Source of the DNA: Candidatus Doudnabacteria bacterium | Lineage (GTDB): Bacteria > Patescibacteriota > Doudnabacteria > UBA920 | Reading direction: 5' to 3' | DNA: 64,000 nt | NCBI GenBank assembly: GCA_031291995.1 | Contig: JARLHZ010000010.1 | Location: forward strand, 37,155-101,154 | Shown here: one piece after another, positions 8,364 through 18,321 of the stretch | How positions within the stretch are numbered: the stretch's first letter is position 1 | Layout: each line of letters starts with the position of its first letter | The notes under the pieces: model-generated | What the model was told of the DNA's origin: nothing | The model's input: only the letters and a program-made list of their open reading frames with translations | Databases searched by the model: none | Program-made: the position numbers and the translations under genes

Positions 8364-10301
8364 CTATTTTGGGACTTCTTTATAATCCGCGTCAACAGTG
8401 CCGGAATTACCCCCGGAAGTTCCGCCCGAATTACCGCTTTCCGCCGACGGATTGGCGCCCGCCTGCCCGCCAGGTCCGGAACCCGCGGCAGGATTTGCCG
8501 GCCCGCCCGAGCCTTCGTACATAGCCGCGCCGACTTTTTGGACAGCCTCGCTCAGCGCGTCCATGGTTTTTTTAATCGCCTCAATGTCATCCTTGTCTTT
8601 TACTTCTTTCAGGGCTTTAATTTTTTCTTCCACAGACAATTTGTCTTCGGCTTTGAGCTTTGAGCCGGTCGCGGACCCCGAGCCTGTCGAGGCGGCATCC
8701 TTTAAAGTTTTTTCGGAAACGCTAATGAGCGTATCGGCCTGGTTCCGCATGTCCACGGTTTCTTTGCGCTTTCTGTCTTCGGCCGCGTGCGCTTCGGCTT
8801 CTTTTTTCATCCGTTCGACATCGTCTTTGGACAAATTGGAAGAACCCTGAATGGTAATTTTATTTTCCTTGCCCGTAGCCTTGTCTTTTCCTTTAACAGT
8901 CAAAATGCCGTTGGCATCAATATCAAACGTCACTTCAACCTGCGGTACGCCGCGGGGCGCCGGCGGAATGCCGTCCAAAATAAACTGGCCCAAAGATTTG
9001 TTATCCTTGGCAAATTCGCGTTCGCCCTGCAGAACGTGAACTTCCACCGAAGTTTGGTTATCGGCCGCGGTGGAAAATACTTGGGACTTGGAGGTCGGGA
9101 TGGTGGTATTTCGATCAATCAGCGCGGTACGAATTCCCCCCAAAGTTTCCAGACCCAGCGTCAAGGGAGTTACGTCCAGCAGCAAAATTTCCTTGCCCTG
9201 CACGTCCCCGCCCAAAATGCCGGCTTGAATAGCCGCGCCTTTGGCCACGGCTTCCATCGGGTCTATGCCGCCTTCCACCTGCTTGCCGACGTAAGTTTCC
9301 ACGAACTGTTTGACCGCGGGCATCCGGGTCGGGCCGCCGATTAAAATAATTTTGTCTATATTCTGCGGCGTCAGCTTGGCATCGTTTAATGCCTGCTCCA
9401 CGGGGTGGCGCATTTTTTCCACAATCGGCCGGATTAATTCTTCAAGTTTGGCCCGGGTAATCTTAATTTGCAAATGTTTCGGCCCGTTAGCATCCGCGGT
9501 TATAAAAGGAAGGTTAATATCCGTCTCCATGGTCGTCGACAATTCTATTTTGGCTTTTTCGGCCGCTTCCCTAACGCGGTTCATGGCCATCTTGTCATTG
9601 TTTAAATCCACGCCGCTGGAAGACTTAAAATCGTTTACAATGTAATCGATAAGCGCTTTGTCCATGTCCTTGCCGCCCAATTGCGTGTCCCCGGAGGTGG
9701 ATTTAACCTCAAAAGTAGCCTGATTATCTACCTCTGAAAAATCCATAATCGTTACGTCCAAAGTTCCGCCTCCCAGGTCGAACACGAGAATTTTTTGGTC
9801 TTTTGACGATGATTTATCCAAGCCATAAGCAAAAGCCGCGGCCGTGGGTTCGTTTATGACGCGAACCACTTCCAACCCCGCGATTTCCCCGGCGTTCTTG
9901 GTCGCTTGCCGCTGCGCGTCGTCAAAATAAGCCGGCACGGTAATTACGGCTTTAGCCACCGGTTCACCCAAAAAAGTTTCCGCGTCTTTCTTGATCTTCT
10001 GTAAAATAAACGCGCTGATTTGTTCCGGGGTGTATTCTTTGCCGTTAATCTGGTATTTAAAATTTGTACCCATCTTTCTTTTGGCTTCAAAGATGGTTCC
10101 CTCGGGGTTTGTGACCGCCTGGCGTCTGGCCGGCTCACCGACCAAAAGCTGGCCTTCTTTGGTAAAAGCCACATAAGATGGAAAAGCTTTCCCCGCGGCG
10201 GATGTGCCTTCCGCGGCCGGAATAATCACCGGCGTCCCGCCCTGCATAACACTGGCGGCGGAGTTGCTCGTCCCCAAATCTATCCCTATAATTTTTGGCA
10301 T
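8364..10301 (-). CDS. dnaK: Chaperone DnaK (Hsp70)
   Basis: [23 protein letters not shown], full Hsp70 signature; G/A/P-rich C-terminal tail. Confidence 0.97.
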   Translation of the reverse strand: MPKIIGIDLGTSNSAASVMQGGTPVIIPAAEGTSAAGKAFPSYVAFTKEGQLLVGEPARRQAVTNPEGTIFEAKRKMGTNFKYQINGKEYTPEQISAFILQKIKKDAETFLGEPVAKAVITVPAYFDDAQRQATKNAGEIAGLEVVRVINEPTAAAFAYGLDKSSSKDQKILVFDLGGGTLDVTIMDFSEVDNQATFEVKSTSGDTQLGGKDMDKALIDYIVNDFKSSSGVDLNNDKMAMNRVREAAEKAKIELSTTMETDINLPFITADANGPKHLQIKITRAKLEELIRPIVEKMRHPVEQALNDAKLTPQNIDKIILIGGPTRMPAVKQFVETYVGKQVEGGIDPMEAVAKGAAIQAGILGGDVQGKEILLLDVTPLTLGLETLGGIRTALIDRNTTIPTSKSQVFSTAADNQTSVEVHVLQGEREFAKDNKSLGQFILDGIPPAPRGVPQVEVTFDIDANGILTVKGKDKATGKENKITIQGSSNLSKDDVERMKKEAEAHAAEDRKRKETVDMRNQADTLISVSEKTLKDAASTGSGSATGSKLKAEDKLSVEEKIKALKEVKDKDDIEAIKKTMDALSEAVQKVGAAMYEGSGGPANPAAGSGPGGQAGANPSAESGNSGGTSGGNSGTVDADYKEVPK

Positions 10302-10582
10302 AATGTGTTCTCCTTTTAAAATTTATTCATAATTCTTGTGATTCCCGCGGAGGCAGGAATCATAATTTTTTAGATGCCGGCTCGGGAGCCGGAATGACAC
10401 ATAAGTTAATCCCTTAAAGCCGATAAATCGGCACGCTACATACTTAGATTGCTTCGACATTGTTCACTAATAATTCGATGGCGACTCCTTGCCTGAATTC
10501 CGTCCGGTACGTGGCTCGCGATGACACGAAAGTTTAAATTCCGCGCCAGATCTGCGTCGCTATCCGCGTGCAGATCTGCGGT

Positions 10583-10915
10583 TTAGAGTTCCTCAATGTC
10601 CAAATTCTTAAACTGGTTCAGCGTCATTCCCACAACATTCTTGCTTGCTAATAATTTTTTGGAAGTCGGGAAATCTTTTATGTGGTCTTCTCTCAACTTT
10701 ACAAAGACGTTGCCTTCGCTGCCGTCGGATTCACGCTTAAAGTGAAGGATTATTTTTTTGTTATTTAACTGCTTGCCGGTAATTACGCAGTCATCGGCGG
10801 TCAAGGTTTTTATTTTCTTGTCCTTGTCTTCCCACTCCATTATTTCACCAACTTCAAATATGTCTTTTATGGTCATAGATTCTCCACAAATCACTAATTT
10901 CACAAATGAGGACAA
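10583..10915 (-). CDS. Hypothetical small protein (likely start at the internal Met near 10876)
   Basis: ORF only. Confidence 0.3.
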   Translation of the reverse strand: MSSFVKLVICGESMTIKDIFEVGEIMEWEDKDKKIKTLTADDCVITGKQLNNKKIILHFKRESDGSEGNVFVKLREDHIKDFPTSKKLLASKNVVGMTLNQFKNLDIEEL

Positions 10916-11048
10916 ATCTTACGGCAACTTATTTGCAGTATTTGTGAACATTTGTGATTAGTGGATAATTAATTTTTCTTCTTGCTTATTAAGATCCCTC
11001 GACTCGACCTTCGAGTAATATTCTATAAGGTCTCGCTCGGGATGGTTG

Positions 11049-11600
11049 CTATAATTTGCCACCTTCGGCGGCCTTCTTGCTGATAACCACTTGTGACGGA
11101 CGAATAACCTTACCGTTTAGCTCAAACCCGGACTGAAACTCATCTATAACAATTCCATCGTCTTTTTCCGATTCGACTTCCTTTATCGCCTCATGGAAAT
11201 TCGGGTCGAATTTTTTGCCAATGGCCTCAATTTTTTTGACACCTAAATCCGATAATACTTTATCTAACTGGATGACAATTCCGTTCACTCCCGTCTGCCA
11301 GTTTTGGTATTGTTTTTCAAAGTCCGTCTGCAGATTGCTGTCTGCTGATTGCTGATACTGCGGCAAATGCTTCAGCGCCTGCTCCAGCGTATCTATAGTG
11401 GGCAAAAGTTTTACCACCGTTACTTCTTTGGCAAATTCCAGCAGCTCCTTATTCTCGCGTTCCTTCTGTTTTTTAAAATTTTCGAAGTCCGCGGCCGTGC
11501 GCTTCCATCCGGCCATGGCACTTTCAAAATCGGCTTGGAGCTTTTCTAAAGAAACATCACTGGCTTGATTTTGGTCGTCTTGTTGTATATCGTCGCTCAT
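11049..11600 (-). CDS. grpE: Nucleotide exchange factor GrpE
   Basis: AADFENFKKQ ... FDPNFHEA ... GKVIRPSQVV GrpE motifs; lies between hrcA and dnaK. Confidence 0.9.
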   Translation of the reverse strand: MSDDIQQDDQNQASDVSLEKLQADFESAMAGWKRTAADFENFKKQKERENKELLEFAKEVTVVKLLPTIDTLEQALKHLPQYQQSADSNLQTDFEKQYQNWQTGVNGIVIQLDKVLSDLGVKKIEAIGKKFDPNFHEAIKEVESEKDDGIVIDEFQSGFELNGKVIRPSQVVISKKAAEGGKL

Positions 11601-11717
11601 ATGATTAATTCGGATTCATTGATTGAATGCGGATCTACTGATGCCTACCAACACACTTCGATCATCAGCATCCGTAGACATCAGTTGATCCGTGTACCAT
11701 CGGTAGATCCGTATTAA

Positions 11718-12473
11718 TTATTTAATCATGGTCAATAATATGACTGCCGCTCCCCCGCCCAACAGCTTGGCAATATACTCCATAAGGGACAAATTCTTTT
11801 CGTACTTCATGCTCTTGGGGCCGATTAAACCGATTACGCCTTTTTTGCCGCCGGGCAGGCTGAGGCCGCTGACTATCATAGAATAATCGGACTTTTTGCT
11901 GAGTTTTAACTCTTTTCCAATAAACGTTTCGGGTTTTTGCGAACCTGAATAATCCAGCATCATTTTTTCCGCGTACTGGTCGATGTTATCAAAAAACTGA
12001 GCAATCTCTTTGGCATCCTCCGCCGGCAGGGCCGGATTATCGAGAATATTGGACAGGCCCGTAGTGGAAGTTTCTTCGGGAAAAAGCGTGAAAGATGCCT
12101 GTTGGGAATGGTCGGACAGTAATTTCGCGATTTTCCTCCCCATTTCCGCGTGGATAATCTGCATCTTCATCAATTCGCGCCTGAGCAAATCCTGCTCCTT
12201 TAATGTCAGCTGTACGCGGTCCATAAGTTCGTTCACAAAAAACCGGAATCCTTTATCGGTTGGCACGCGACCCGCGGACGTATGAGGCTGGGTAATATAA
12301 CCGGTTTTCTCCAATACCTGCATCTCGTTTCGGATTGTAGCCGGGCTGACATCAAAAGTATATTTACCCGCCAAATCCTGACTGGCTACGGGTTGGCCGT
12401 TGTCGCAGTTCTCCTTAACTATGGCCGCAAGAATTTTGGCTTGCCTTTGAGTGATATCGGAATTTTTGTCCAT
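11718..12473 (-). CDS. hrcA: Heat-inducible transcription repressor HrcA
   Basis: N-terminal winged helix (RQAKILAAIVKENCDNGQPVASQDLAGKY) and HrcA C-terminal domain; CIRCE operator immediately upstream. Confidence 0.85.
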   Translation of the reverse strand: MDKNSDITQRQAKILAAIVKENCDNGQPVASQDLAGKYTFDVSPATIRNEMQVLEKTGYITQPHTSAGRVPTDKGFRFFVNELMDRVQLTLKEQDLLRRELMKMQIIHAEMGRKIAKLLSDHSQQASFTLFPEETSTTGLSNILDNPALPAEDAKEIAQFFDNIDQYAEKMMLDYSGSQKPETFIGKELKLSKKSDYSMIVSGLSLPGGKKGVIGLIGPKSMKYEKNLSLMEYIAKLLGGGAAVILLTMIK

Positions 12474-12499
12474 AATTTTTACCTTGATTAAACTGCTAC

Positions 12500-12535
12500 A
12501 ATGATAATATCATTAGCACTCTACCATGTCAAGTG
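12500..12535 (-). promoter_or_regulatory. Sigma70-type promoter of the hrcA operon (minus-strand TTGACA, 17 nt spacer, TATTAT) overlapping CIRCE
   Basis: Minus strand reads gcacTTGACAtggtagagtgctaatgaTATTATcatt. Confidence 0.75.
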
Positions 12536-12539
12536 CTAA
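12513..12539. promoter_or_regulatory. CIRCE operator (HrcA binding site) TTAGCACTC-N9-AAGTGCTAA
   Basis: ttagcactc taccatgtc aagtgctaa; one mismatch to the consensus TTAGCACTC-N9-GAGTGCTAA. Confidence 0.9.
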
Positions 12540-12608
12540 CTATCTCTGTAAAAATTTTCTTTTTTTGCTATAATTACGGAAAGATAAAATAATTAATAAT
12601 AGAGGTTT

Positions 12609-13883
12609 ATGAAACCCAAACACAAACAATCGACGGCAGGCCTGGCTATATTGGCTTTGTCGTTTTCTTTTTTTGCCGCGCCTCTCAGTAGTTCGGCGCA
12701 AGTGCCAAGCATGCCAATGTTCGCGATGCCGAGTCAACCGCAATTTAATAACTTTTGGAAACCCGACTTCCAAAAACCGTTCTTTCATGCCCGGGTTTGC
12801 GCCCAGGCATTAGCCGGTTTTGGCCTGGCGGGATGCGACGCCCATGTGATAACTGATGCGGGCGGCAAAGCAAAAACTTTTACCGCTCCTTCCGGTTACG
12901 GGCCGGCGCAATTCCAAGCCGCCTACGGCATAACCGCAGCATCCGGCCATCCAATAATCGCCATTGTTGACGCCTACAACGCGCCAAATATAACCTCCGA
13001 CTTAAATACCTACAACAAACAGTTTGGCCTGCCCTCCTTCCCGGCCTGCGCCAAAAATGTTTCCGGTTCCGCCGTGCCGTGCTTCCAAAAAGTCAACCAA
13101 AACGGCGGCTCGTTCCTGCCTCTGTCCAACTCCGGCTGGGCATTGGAAATTTCCCTGGATGTCGAAGTCGCCCACGGTGCCTGCCCACAATGCAGCATTC
13201 TGCTAGTGGAGACAAATTCCAGCAGCTACAACGACCTGCTCACGGGCATTGATCGAGCGGCCATAATGGGAGCCAAGGTTATTTCCGACTCCTGGGGCGG
13301 CGGGGAATTTTCCGGCGAAACTTCCTACGACAGCCATCTCAACAAACCCGGCGTAGCCATAACTTTTAGTTCCGGGGACAGCGGCTACGGGGTGGAGTAT
13401 CCGGCCAGTTCCCGTTATGTGACCGCGGTCGGCGGCACATCGCTTATGATGAACGGACTAGCGTACGCGGGTGAAACCGCCTGGAGCGGCGCCGGTAGCG
13501 GCTGTAGCCAATTTGAGAGCAAACCGGTTTGGCAAACAGATGCCGGATGCGTTAAGCGCACCATCGCCGATGTTTCGGCCGATGCAGACCCAAATACTGG
13601 CGCGGCTGTTTATGACAGCTACCACTTTAGCGGCAGAGCAGGTTGGTTCCAAGTCGGTGGCACTTCGCTGGCTTCGCCACTGGTTGCCGCGGCGTATGCA
13701 ACGGGAACGCCGATTCCTGCCGGCACTGCGCCAAACCAAATGCCCTATATTAACTCGTCGCTGCTGCATGATGTAACTGGCGGGGGCAACGGCACGTGCG
13801 GCGGAGAATATCTTTGCACCGCCATTTCCGGTTACGACGGCCCGACAGGCTTGGGCAGCCCCAATGGCGGCGGAGCGTTCTAA
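12609..13883 (+). CDS. Secreted sedolisin-like (S53 family) serine-carboxyl peptidase, paralog 1
   Basis: Signal peptide; ExxLD (WALEISLDVE), SGDSG and GGTSLASP motifs match the Glu/Asp/Ser triad layout of sedolisin/TPP1-type peptidases; multiple Cys. Confidence 0.65.
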   Translation: MKPKHKQSTAGLAILALSFSFFAAPLSSSAQVPSMPMFAMPSQPQFNNFWKPDFQKPFFHARVCAQALAGFGLAGCDAHVITDAGGKAKTFTAPSGYGPAQFQAAYGITAASGHPIIAIVDAYNAPNITSDLNTYNKQFGLPSFPACAKNVSGSAVPCFQKVNQNGGSFLPLSNSGWALEISLDVEVAHGACPQCSILLVETNSSSYNDLLTGIDRAAIMGAKVISDSWGGGEFSGETSYDSHLNKPGVAITFSSGDSGYGVEYPASSRYVTAVGGTSLMMNGLAYAGETAWSGAGSGCSQFESKPVWQTDAGCVKRTIADVSADADPNTGAAVYDSYHFSGRAGWFQVGGTSLASPLVAAAYATGTPIPAGTAPNQMPYINSSLLHDVTGGGNGTCGGEYLCTAISGYDGPTGLGSPNGGGAF

Positions 13884-13897
13884 GTCAATTAATAATT

Positions 13898-13931
13898 TCC
13901 GCCCTGATTCGGTTCGGGGCGGATTTTTTAT
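13898..13931 (+). terminator. Rho-independent terminator after peptidase paralog 1
   Basis: tccgccc ... ggggcgga hairpin followed by ttttttat. Confidence 0.7.
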
Positions 13932-14076
13932 GGTGGATAACTTTCCCAAAAACTCCTGATTTATTAAAAAATCAGGCTTTTGACATATGGTGAACGCTCG
14001 TTTACTATTTATTCAAGAGTTACCGGATAACCTTATATTGGGTTTCCGGTAATTTTTTATTATTAATCAAATTAAA

Positions 14077-15261
14077 ATGAAAACAATACTTTTTTTGCTG
14101 GCGCTAACAGCGCTTATTATCACACCCGATATTGTCCAAGCTGCCGCCATTCATAATGCCCGCGTTTGCAGTCTGGCTAAAAAACAAGGCCTGGCCAGCT
14201 GTAATGCCCGCGTAATCACCGATGCCAAGGGTAAAATGGTTGTAAATAATTCTCCAATCGGGTTTAGTCCGGCTGATTTGCGGCATGCCTACAATCTTTC
14301 GGGGAAGGCGGATAATCACCCGGTCGTCGCGATTGTGGATGCTTATGACGACCCGACAATCAAAAGCGATCTGGATGTGTACAGCAATCAGTTTGGTTTG
14401 GCGCACTTGCCGAACTGTAAAACCGATGCCGCCAAATCCTTAGTCCCATGTTTTCAAAAAATCAGCCAGCGCGGCACCGCCGCTTTGCCTTCAATAAATA
14501 AAGGCTGGTCAATGGAAATAGCGCTGGATGTGGAAGCGGTTCACGCTATGTGTGAAAACTGTTCAATTTTATTGGTGGAAGCGACTTCTCCCAATATGAC
14601 AAATTTAATGGCGGCCGTTGACGCCGCGGTTAAAGCCGGAGCAGTGGCGGTTTCCAACTCTTACGGCGGCCCGGAATTTGCGGAAGAAAAACAGTTTGAC
14701 AGCCATTTTAATCGTGCCGGAATCGCGTTTACCGTAAGCAGCGGCGACAGCGGCTACGGGGTACAGTACCCGGCCGCTTCTCCTTATGTCACGGCCGTGG
14801 GCGGGACTTCCTTATATTTAGGCTCGGGCGGCAAATATAAAAACGAGGACGCCTGGAGCGGGGCTGGCAGCGGATGCAGCCAATTTGAGGGCAAGCCGGC
14901 CTGGCAAACAGACAATAAATGCCAAAACCGAACCGTGGCGGATGTCTCGGCGGTTGCCGACCCGGACACCGGCTTTGCGGTGTATACCACGACGAGCGTC
15001 AAAGGCCAAAAGGGTTGGTTTACGGCCGGCGGGACATCCTTGTCTTCGCCGCTTATTGCCGCAGTTTATGCTTTGGCCAAAAATATTCCCAGTGGCCAAA
15101 AAGCCAACAGTCTTCCCTATAACCTGGGAACCAAATCCAACCTGCATGACGTGGTCGGCGGAAGCAATGGGGACTGCAACCCCGCCTATTTATGCGCCGG
15201 TAAAACCAAGTACGACGGCCCAACCGGTCTGGGAAGCCCCAACGGTATTGGCGCGTTCTAA
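14077..15261 (+). CDS. Secreted sedolisin-like (S53 family) peptidase, paralog 2
   Basis: Same motif set (SMEIALDVE, SSGDSGYG, GGTSLSSP); aligns along its length with the gene at 12609-13883. Confidence 0.65.
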   Translation: MKTILFLLALTALIITPDIVQAAAIHNARVCSLAKKQGLASCNARVITDAKGKMVVNNSPIGFSPADLRHAYNLSGKADNHPVVAIVDAYDDPTIKSDLDVYSNQFGLAHLPNCKTDAAKSLVPCFQKISQRGTAALPSINKGWSMEIALDVEAVHAMCENCSILLVEATSPNMTNLMAAVDAAVKAGAVAVSNSYGGPEFAEEKQFDSHFNRAGIAFTVSSGDSGYGVQYPAASPYVTAVGGTSLYLGSGGKYKNEDAWSGAGSGCSQFEGKPAWQTDNKCQNRTVADVSAVADPDTGFAVYTTTSVKGQKGWFTAGGTSLSSPLIAAVYALAKNIPSGQKANSLPYNLGTKSNLHDVVGGSNGDCNPAYLCAGKTKYDGPTGLGSPNGIGAF

Positions 15262-15338
15262 TGTAAAGTTAACTTGACATTAGTTTTTTGCCGGTTTAAA
15301 ATAAAAACAATAACTTAACACAAAAAGGAATCACCAAG

Positions 15339-17084
15339 ATGATCATACAAATACTTTTTGCCGTCCTGGCCGGCATATTAACCATTGCCGCCCCCTGCAT
15401 TTTACCCATGCTCCCGATTTTGCTCGGCGCTTCGGTCGGCCAGCAAAGCAAGCAACGGCCGCTGTTTATTGTGCTAGGATTTATTGTCAGTTTTTCTGCC
15501 GCGGCGCTGGTATTGTCCGCAATCATCAGCCACTTTGGTTTAAGCCCCAACCTGCTTCGCGATATTGCGGTAGTCTGCCTGGCTATTTTTGGACTGCTGA
15601 TGATTTGGCCAAAACCGTTTGAATTGCTGGCTATGAACATGTCCGGCACCATAAACTCCGCCAATAAATTGGGAGGCGGTTCCGGAAATACCGGCGGGCT
15701 GTTGCTCGGCCTGGTCTTGGGCATAGTCTGGACTCCCTGCGCGGGGCCAATTTTGGGATCAATCTTAACCCTGGTGGCAGTTTCCGGCAGTACCTCAAAA
15801 TCGGTGATACTGATGATTGCCTACGCGCTGGGAGCCGGCATCCCCATGCTCATAATCGCCTACGGCAGTCAGTGGATAACAACCAAGGTTAAATGGCTGG
15901 CGCAATATTCGGTGAGACTTCAGCAAATTTTTGGTATATTAATTTTACTATTGGCGGCTGCCATGTATTTCCAATACGACGTTGTAATTGAGGCGGCGCT
16001 GACCCAGGCTTTTCCACAATCCGGTCTGGAAACTCAGTTGGTCCAAAATGGCAACCCTATTTTAAACACCAACCATAATGCACCTATGGAATCTGCCGCC
16101 CTACCATCCCCGCCCGCGACCGGACAAAGCACCACAACGACATCGCAAAATTCCGTTAGACCGGCCACCCCTCTGGATGTTGTCCCTCTGCAAAATTTCG
16201 GCAAAGCCCCCGATTTTACCGGAATAGATCACTGGCTGGATCTTCCAAACAACGCGCAATCGCTGTCGCTGGCCGATTTAAAGGGCAAAGTTGTCCTGGT
16301 GGATTTTTGGACTTTGTCCTGCATAAATTGCATCCGCACCCTGCCATATGTCACAAAATGGTACGATACTTATAAAGGCCGGGGATTGGTTGTAGTCGGA
16401 ATTCACACGCCGGAATTTGATTTTGAAAAGGACACCGGGAACGTCCAAAACGCCATAGAACGTTTTAATATTCATTATCCTGTCGCGCAGGATAATGAAT
16501 ACACGACCTGGAACGCTTATAATAACGAGTATTGGCCGGCCGAATATCTTATTGACCAAAAAGGGAATATTGTCCACGAACATTTTGGCGAAGGTGAATA
16601 TGACGTTATGGAAAATGCCATCCGGGAATTGTTAAATGAAAATACGGCGGTCGGTCCTGAAAATGGCTCGAACTTACAGGGAGTCGGCTCCCCGGAAATG
16701 TATTTTGAAATCTCGCGGCTGAAAAATTTGACACCCGACCAGCAAGCATCGAGCCAGCCGCAAACTTATGCGCTTACTCAAAATTTGGCCCTGAATAATT
16801 TCGCCCTGGAAGGAACATGGCAATTTACCGGCGACCACGCGACTTTGGTAGGCGGACCCGGTAAAATCCGCCTGCATTATCATGCTTCCAATGTCTATAT
16901 GGTGGCCAGCAGCGATAAACCTGTAACCGTGACAGTCTTTGTGGATGGCAAACAGGCCAGCCAGGTGACAATTCAGTCCTCCCGGCTCTACCAGCTCGTT
17001 CAATCCGATTACGCGAACGATTACACCGTGGAAATTGACATCCCACAAGCCGGCCTTAACGCGTTCACGTTTACATTCGGATAA
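15339..17084 (+). CDS. CcdA/DsbD-like transmembrane thiol-disulfide transporter domain fused to a periplasmic thioredoxin-like (TlpA/ResA-type, CxxC) domain
   Basis: Paired Cys in TM helices (AAPCILPML, TPCAGP) typical of CcdA; C-terminal WTLSCINCIRTLP redoxin motif; promoter-like TTGACA-17-TAAAAT and RBS upstream. Confidence 0.7.
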   Translation: MIIQILFAVLAGILTIAAPCILPMLPILLGASVGQQSKQRPLFIVLGFIVSFSAAALVLSAIISHFGLSPNLLRDIAVVCLAIFGLLMIWPKPFELLAMNMSGTINSANKLGGGSGNTGGLLLGLVLGIVWTPCAGPILGSILTLVAVSGSTSKSVILMIAYALGAGIPMLIIAYGSQWITTKVKWLAQYSVRLQQIFGILILLLAAAMYFQYDVVIEAALTQAFPQSGLETQLVQNGNPILNTNHNAPMESAALPSPPATGQSTTTTSQNSVRPATPLDVVPLQNFGKAPDFTGIDHWLDLPNNAQSLSLADLKGKVVLVDFWTLSCINCIRTLPYVTKWYDTYKGRGLVVVGIHTPEFDFEKDTGNVQNAIERFNIHYPVAQDNEYTTWNAYNNEYWPAEYLIDQKGNIVHEHFGEGEYDVMENAIRELLNENTAVGPENGSNLQGVGSPEMYFEISRLKNLTPDQQASSQPQTYALTQNLALNNFALEGTWQFTGDHATLVGGPGKIRLHYHASNVYMVASSDKPVTVTVFVDGKQASQVTIQSSRLYQLVQSDYANDYTVEIDIPQAGLNAFTFTFG

Positions 17085-17093
17085 GCCGACACT

Positions 17094-17288
17094 ATGATTT
17101 TAAACTCTGTTAAACAATTTCGTGAGCGGCAAAACATCACCCAAGAACAGCTTGCGGCCGTAGTTGGCGTGTCCAGACAGACCATAATTGCCATCGAAAA
17201 AGGTAACTATGAACCTTCCCTGGGACTTGCCCTAAAATTGACAAAAATTTTTAAAATTAAGGTAGAAGATATTTTTGTGCTAAAATAA
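17094..17288 (+). CDS. XRE-family HTH transcriptional regulator (Cro/C1-type)
   Basis: QEQLAAVVGVSRQTIIAIEKGNYEPSLGLALKLTKIF canonical XRE HTH. Confidence 0.8.
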   Translation: MILNSVKQFRERQNITQEQLAAVVGVSRQTIIAIEKGNYEPSLGLALKLTKIFKIKVEDIFVLK

Positions 17289-17293
17289 ACTAT

Positions 17294-17656
17294 ATGAAAG
17301 TAATAATTTATTATCTACTATTATTGGTTTTTATAGCCTTAGTTGCCGGCTCACTTGTGCTGGGTAGGCCGCAAAGTATGGGTATGCAGCAAATGCTGGG
17401 CATTTCAGCGGCCTTAATTTTATATGTAATAGCCATGTCGTTCGTCGGGGAAGGCAAAAATCAGGACGAACGGCAAATTCTCCACAAAAACTTATCCAAC
17501 CGGGCGGGGCTCGTAGCCGGGTCTGTGATATTTTCCCTCGGGATTTTATATCAGCTATTTGTCTCCCACAACATAGACTATTGGCTTTGGGCCGGGCTTA
17601 TTGCTATAAATCTCACAAAAATTATCAGTTTAATTTTTCTGGAAAATAGAAATTAA
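17294..17656 (+). CDS. Small membrane protein co-transcribed with the XRE regulator
   Basis: Three or four TM helices; 5-nt gap from the XRE gene. Confidence 0.45.
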   Translation: MKVIIYYLLLLVFIALVAGSLVLGRPQSMGMQQMLGISAALILYVIAMSFVGEGKNQDERQILHKNLSNRAGLVAGSVIFSLGILYQLFVSHNIDYWLWAGLIAINLTKIISLIFLENRN

Positions 17657-17686
17657 AAAATACCCGCGCGAGCGGGTATTTTTAAC
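17655..17686. terminator. Bidirectional rho-independent terminator (tacccgcgcgagcgggta flanked by A- and T-runs)
   Basis: Read directly. Confidence 0.75.
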
Positions 17687-17692
17687 AATCTG

Positions 17693-17887
17693 TTATTTAG
17701 AACCGTTTTCCGTCACTGTCTTGTGGTGGGCTACCACAATCGGACCGGTATCATAGGTGCCGCTGTCGCTTAGCACTATATAACTCACCAACGAAATTCC
17801 TGTAACCACCAAAAAAACAATTGTCCAAATAAACCAACGGGAATCGTAATTTTTTACGGGCGGCTGGGTATTTCCAACATTAGCCAT
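17693..17887 (-). CDS. Hypothetical small membrane protein
   Basis: Single TM helix. Confidence 0.35.
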   Translation of the reverse strand: MANVGNTQPPVKNYDSRWFIWTIVFLVVTGISLVSYIVLSDSGTYDTGPIVVAHHKTVTENGSK

Positions 17888-17918
17888 ATTTTTATTTTAA
17901 TTATTTTATATATATTCT

Positions 17919-18236
17919 CTATAAATTACTGACTTGGTTTTTTGCAGTGCGCACGGCCAGGATGGCAAAAATCAGGCTGACTATCCACAGTGCCAAAATC
18001 GGCAAAAGCACGACCGCGCCGCGGGGATAAAAAAAGAAAAACGCGAAACTGACAATCCCCAATGAATATAATTCAATCAAAAATACCACCACGAGCGCCT
18101 TGATAAGTTTCCCCACGACCGACTCGGCAAACAGCTTATGGACTTTGTAACCTTCGACAATCAGATAAACACTGCCTAAAACCAGCAGGGCTAACGCAAA
18201 CCATAAATAAGCCCCTAATTGACTGCCGTCTTGCAT
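17919..18236 (-). CDS. Hypothetical membrane protein
   Basis: Three TM helices. Confidence 0.4.
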   Translation of the reverse strand: MQDGSQLGAYLWFALALLVLGSVYLIVEGYKVHKLFAESVVGKLIKALVVVFLIELYSLGIVSFAFFFFYPRGAVVLLPILALWIVSLIFAILAVRTAKNQVSNL

Positions 18237-18321
18237 ATACCAATAAATTTGATGTTTATATCCGGTCTTCCCTGTTTGCTATGATTATAGTTTACCATAT
18301 TTTTATGCGCCGGGCAAAAAT

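Noticed and set aside
8398-9645. Multiple plus-strand ORFs antisense to dnaK (8398-8850, 8787-9344, 9310-9645); similarly those antisense to smc, ftsH and ftsK
   Set aside because: These are antisense ORFs within well-supported conserved genes. The dnaK-antisense ones are driven by GC-rich low-complexity coding of the G/A/P-rich tail, and none has independent support.
10302-10582. Second CIRCE element upstream of dnaK
   Set aside because: No TTAGCACTC-N9-GAGTGCTAA-like sequence is present there, only unrelated small palindromes. dnaK is more likely transcribed from the hrcA promoter.
12540-12788. 82-aa minus-strand ORF across the hrcA promoter and peptidase gene start
   Set aside because: It overlaps the CIRCE/promoter region and the 5' end of the secreted peptidase gene and has an Arg/Lys-rich low-complexity translation. 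It is spurious.
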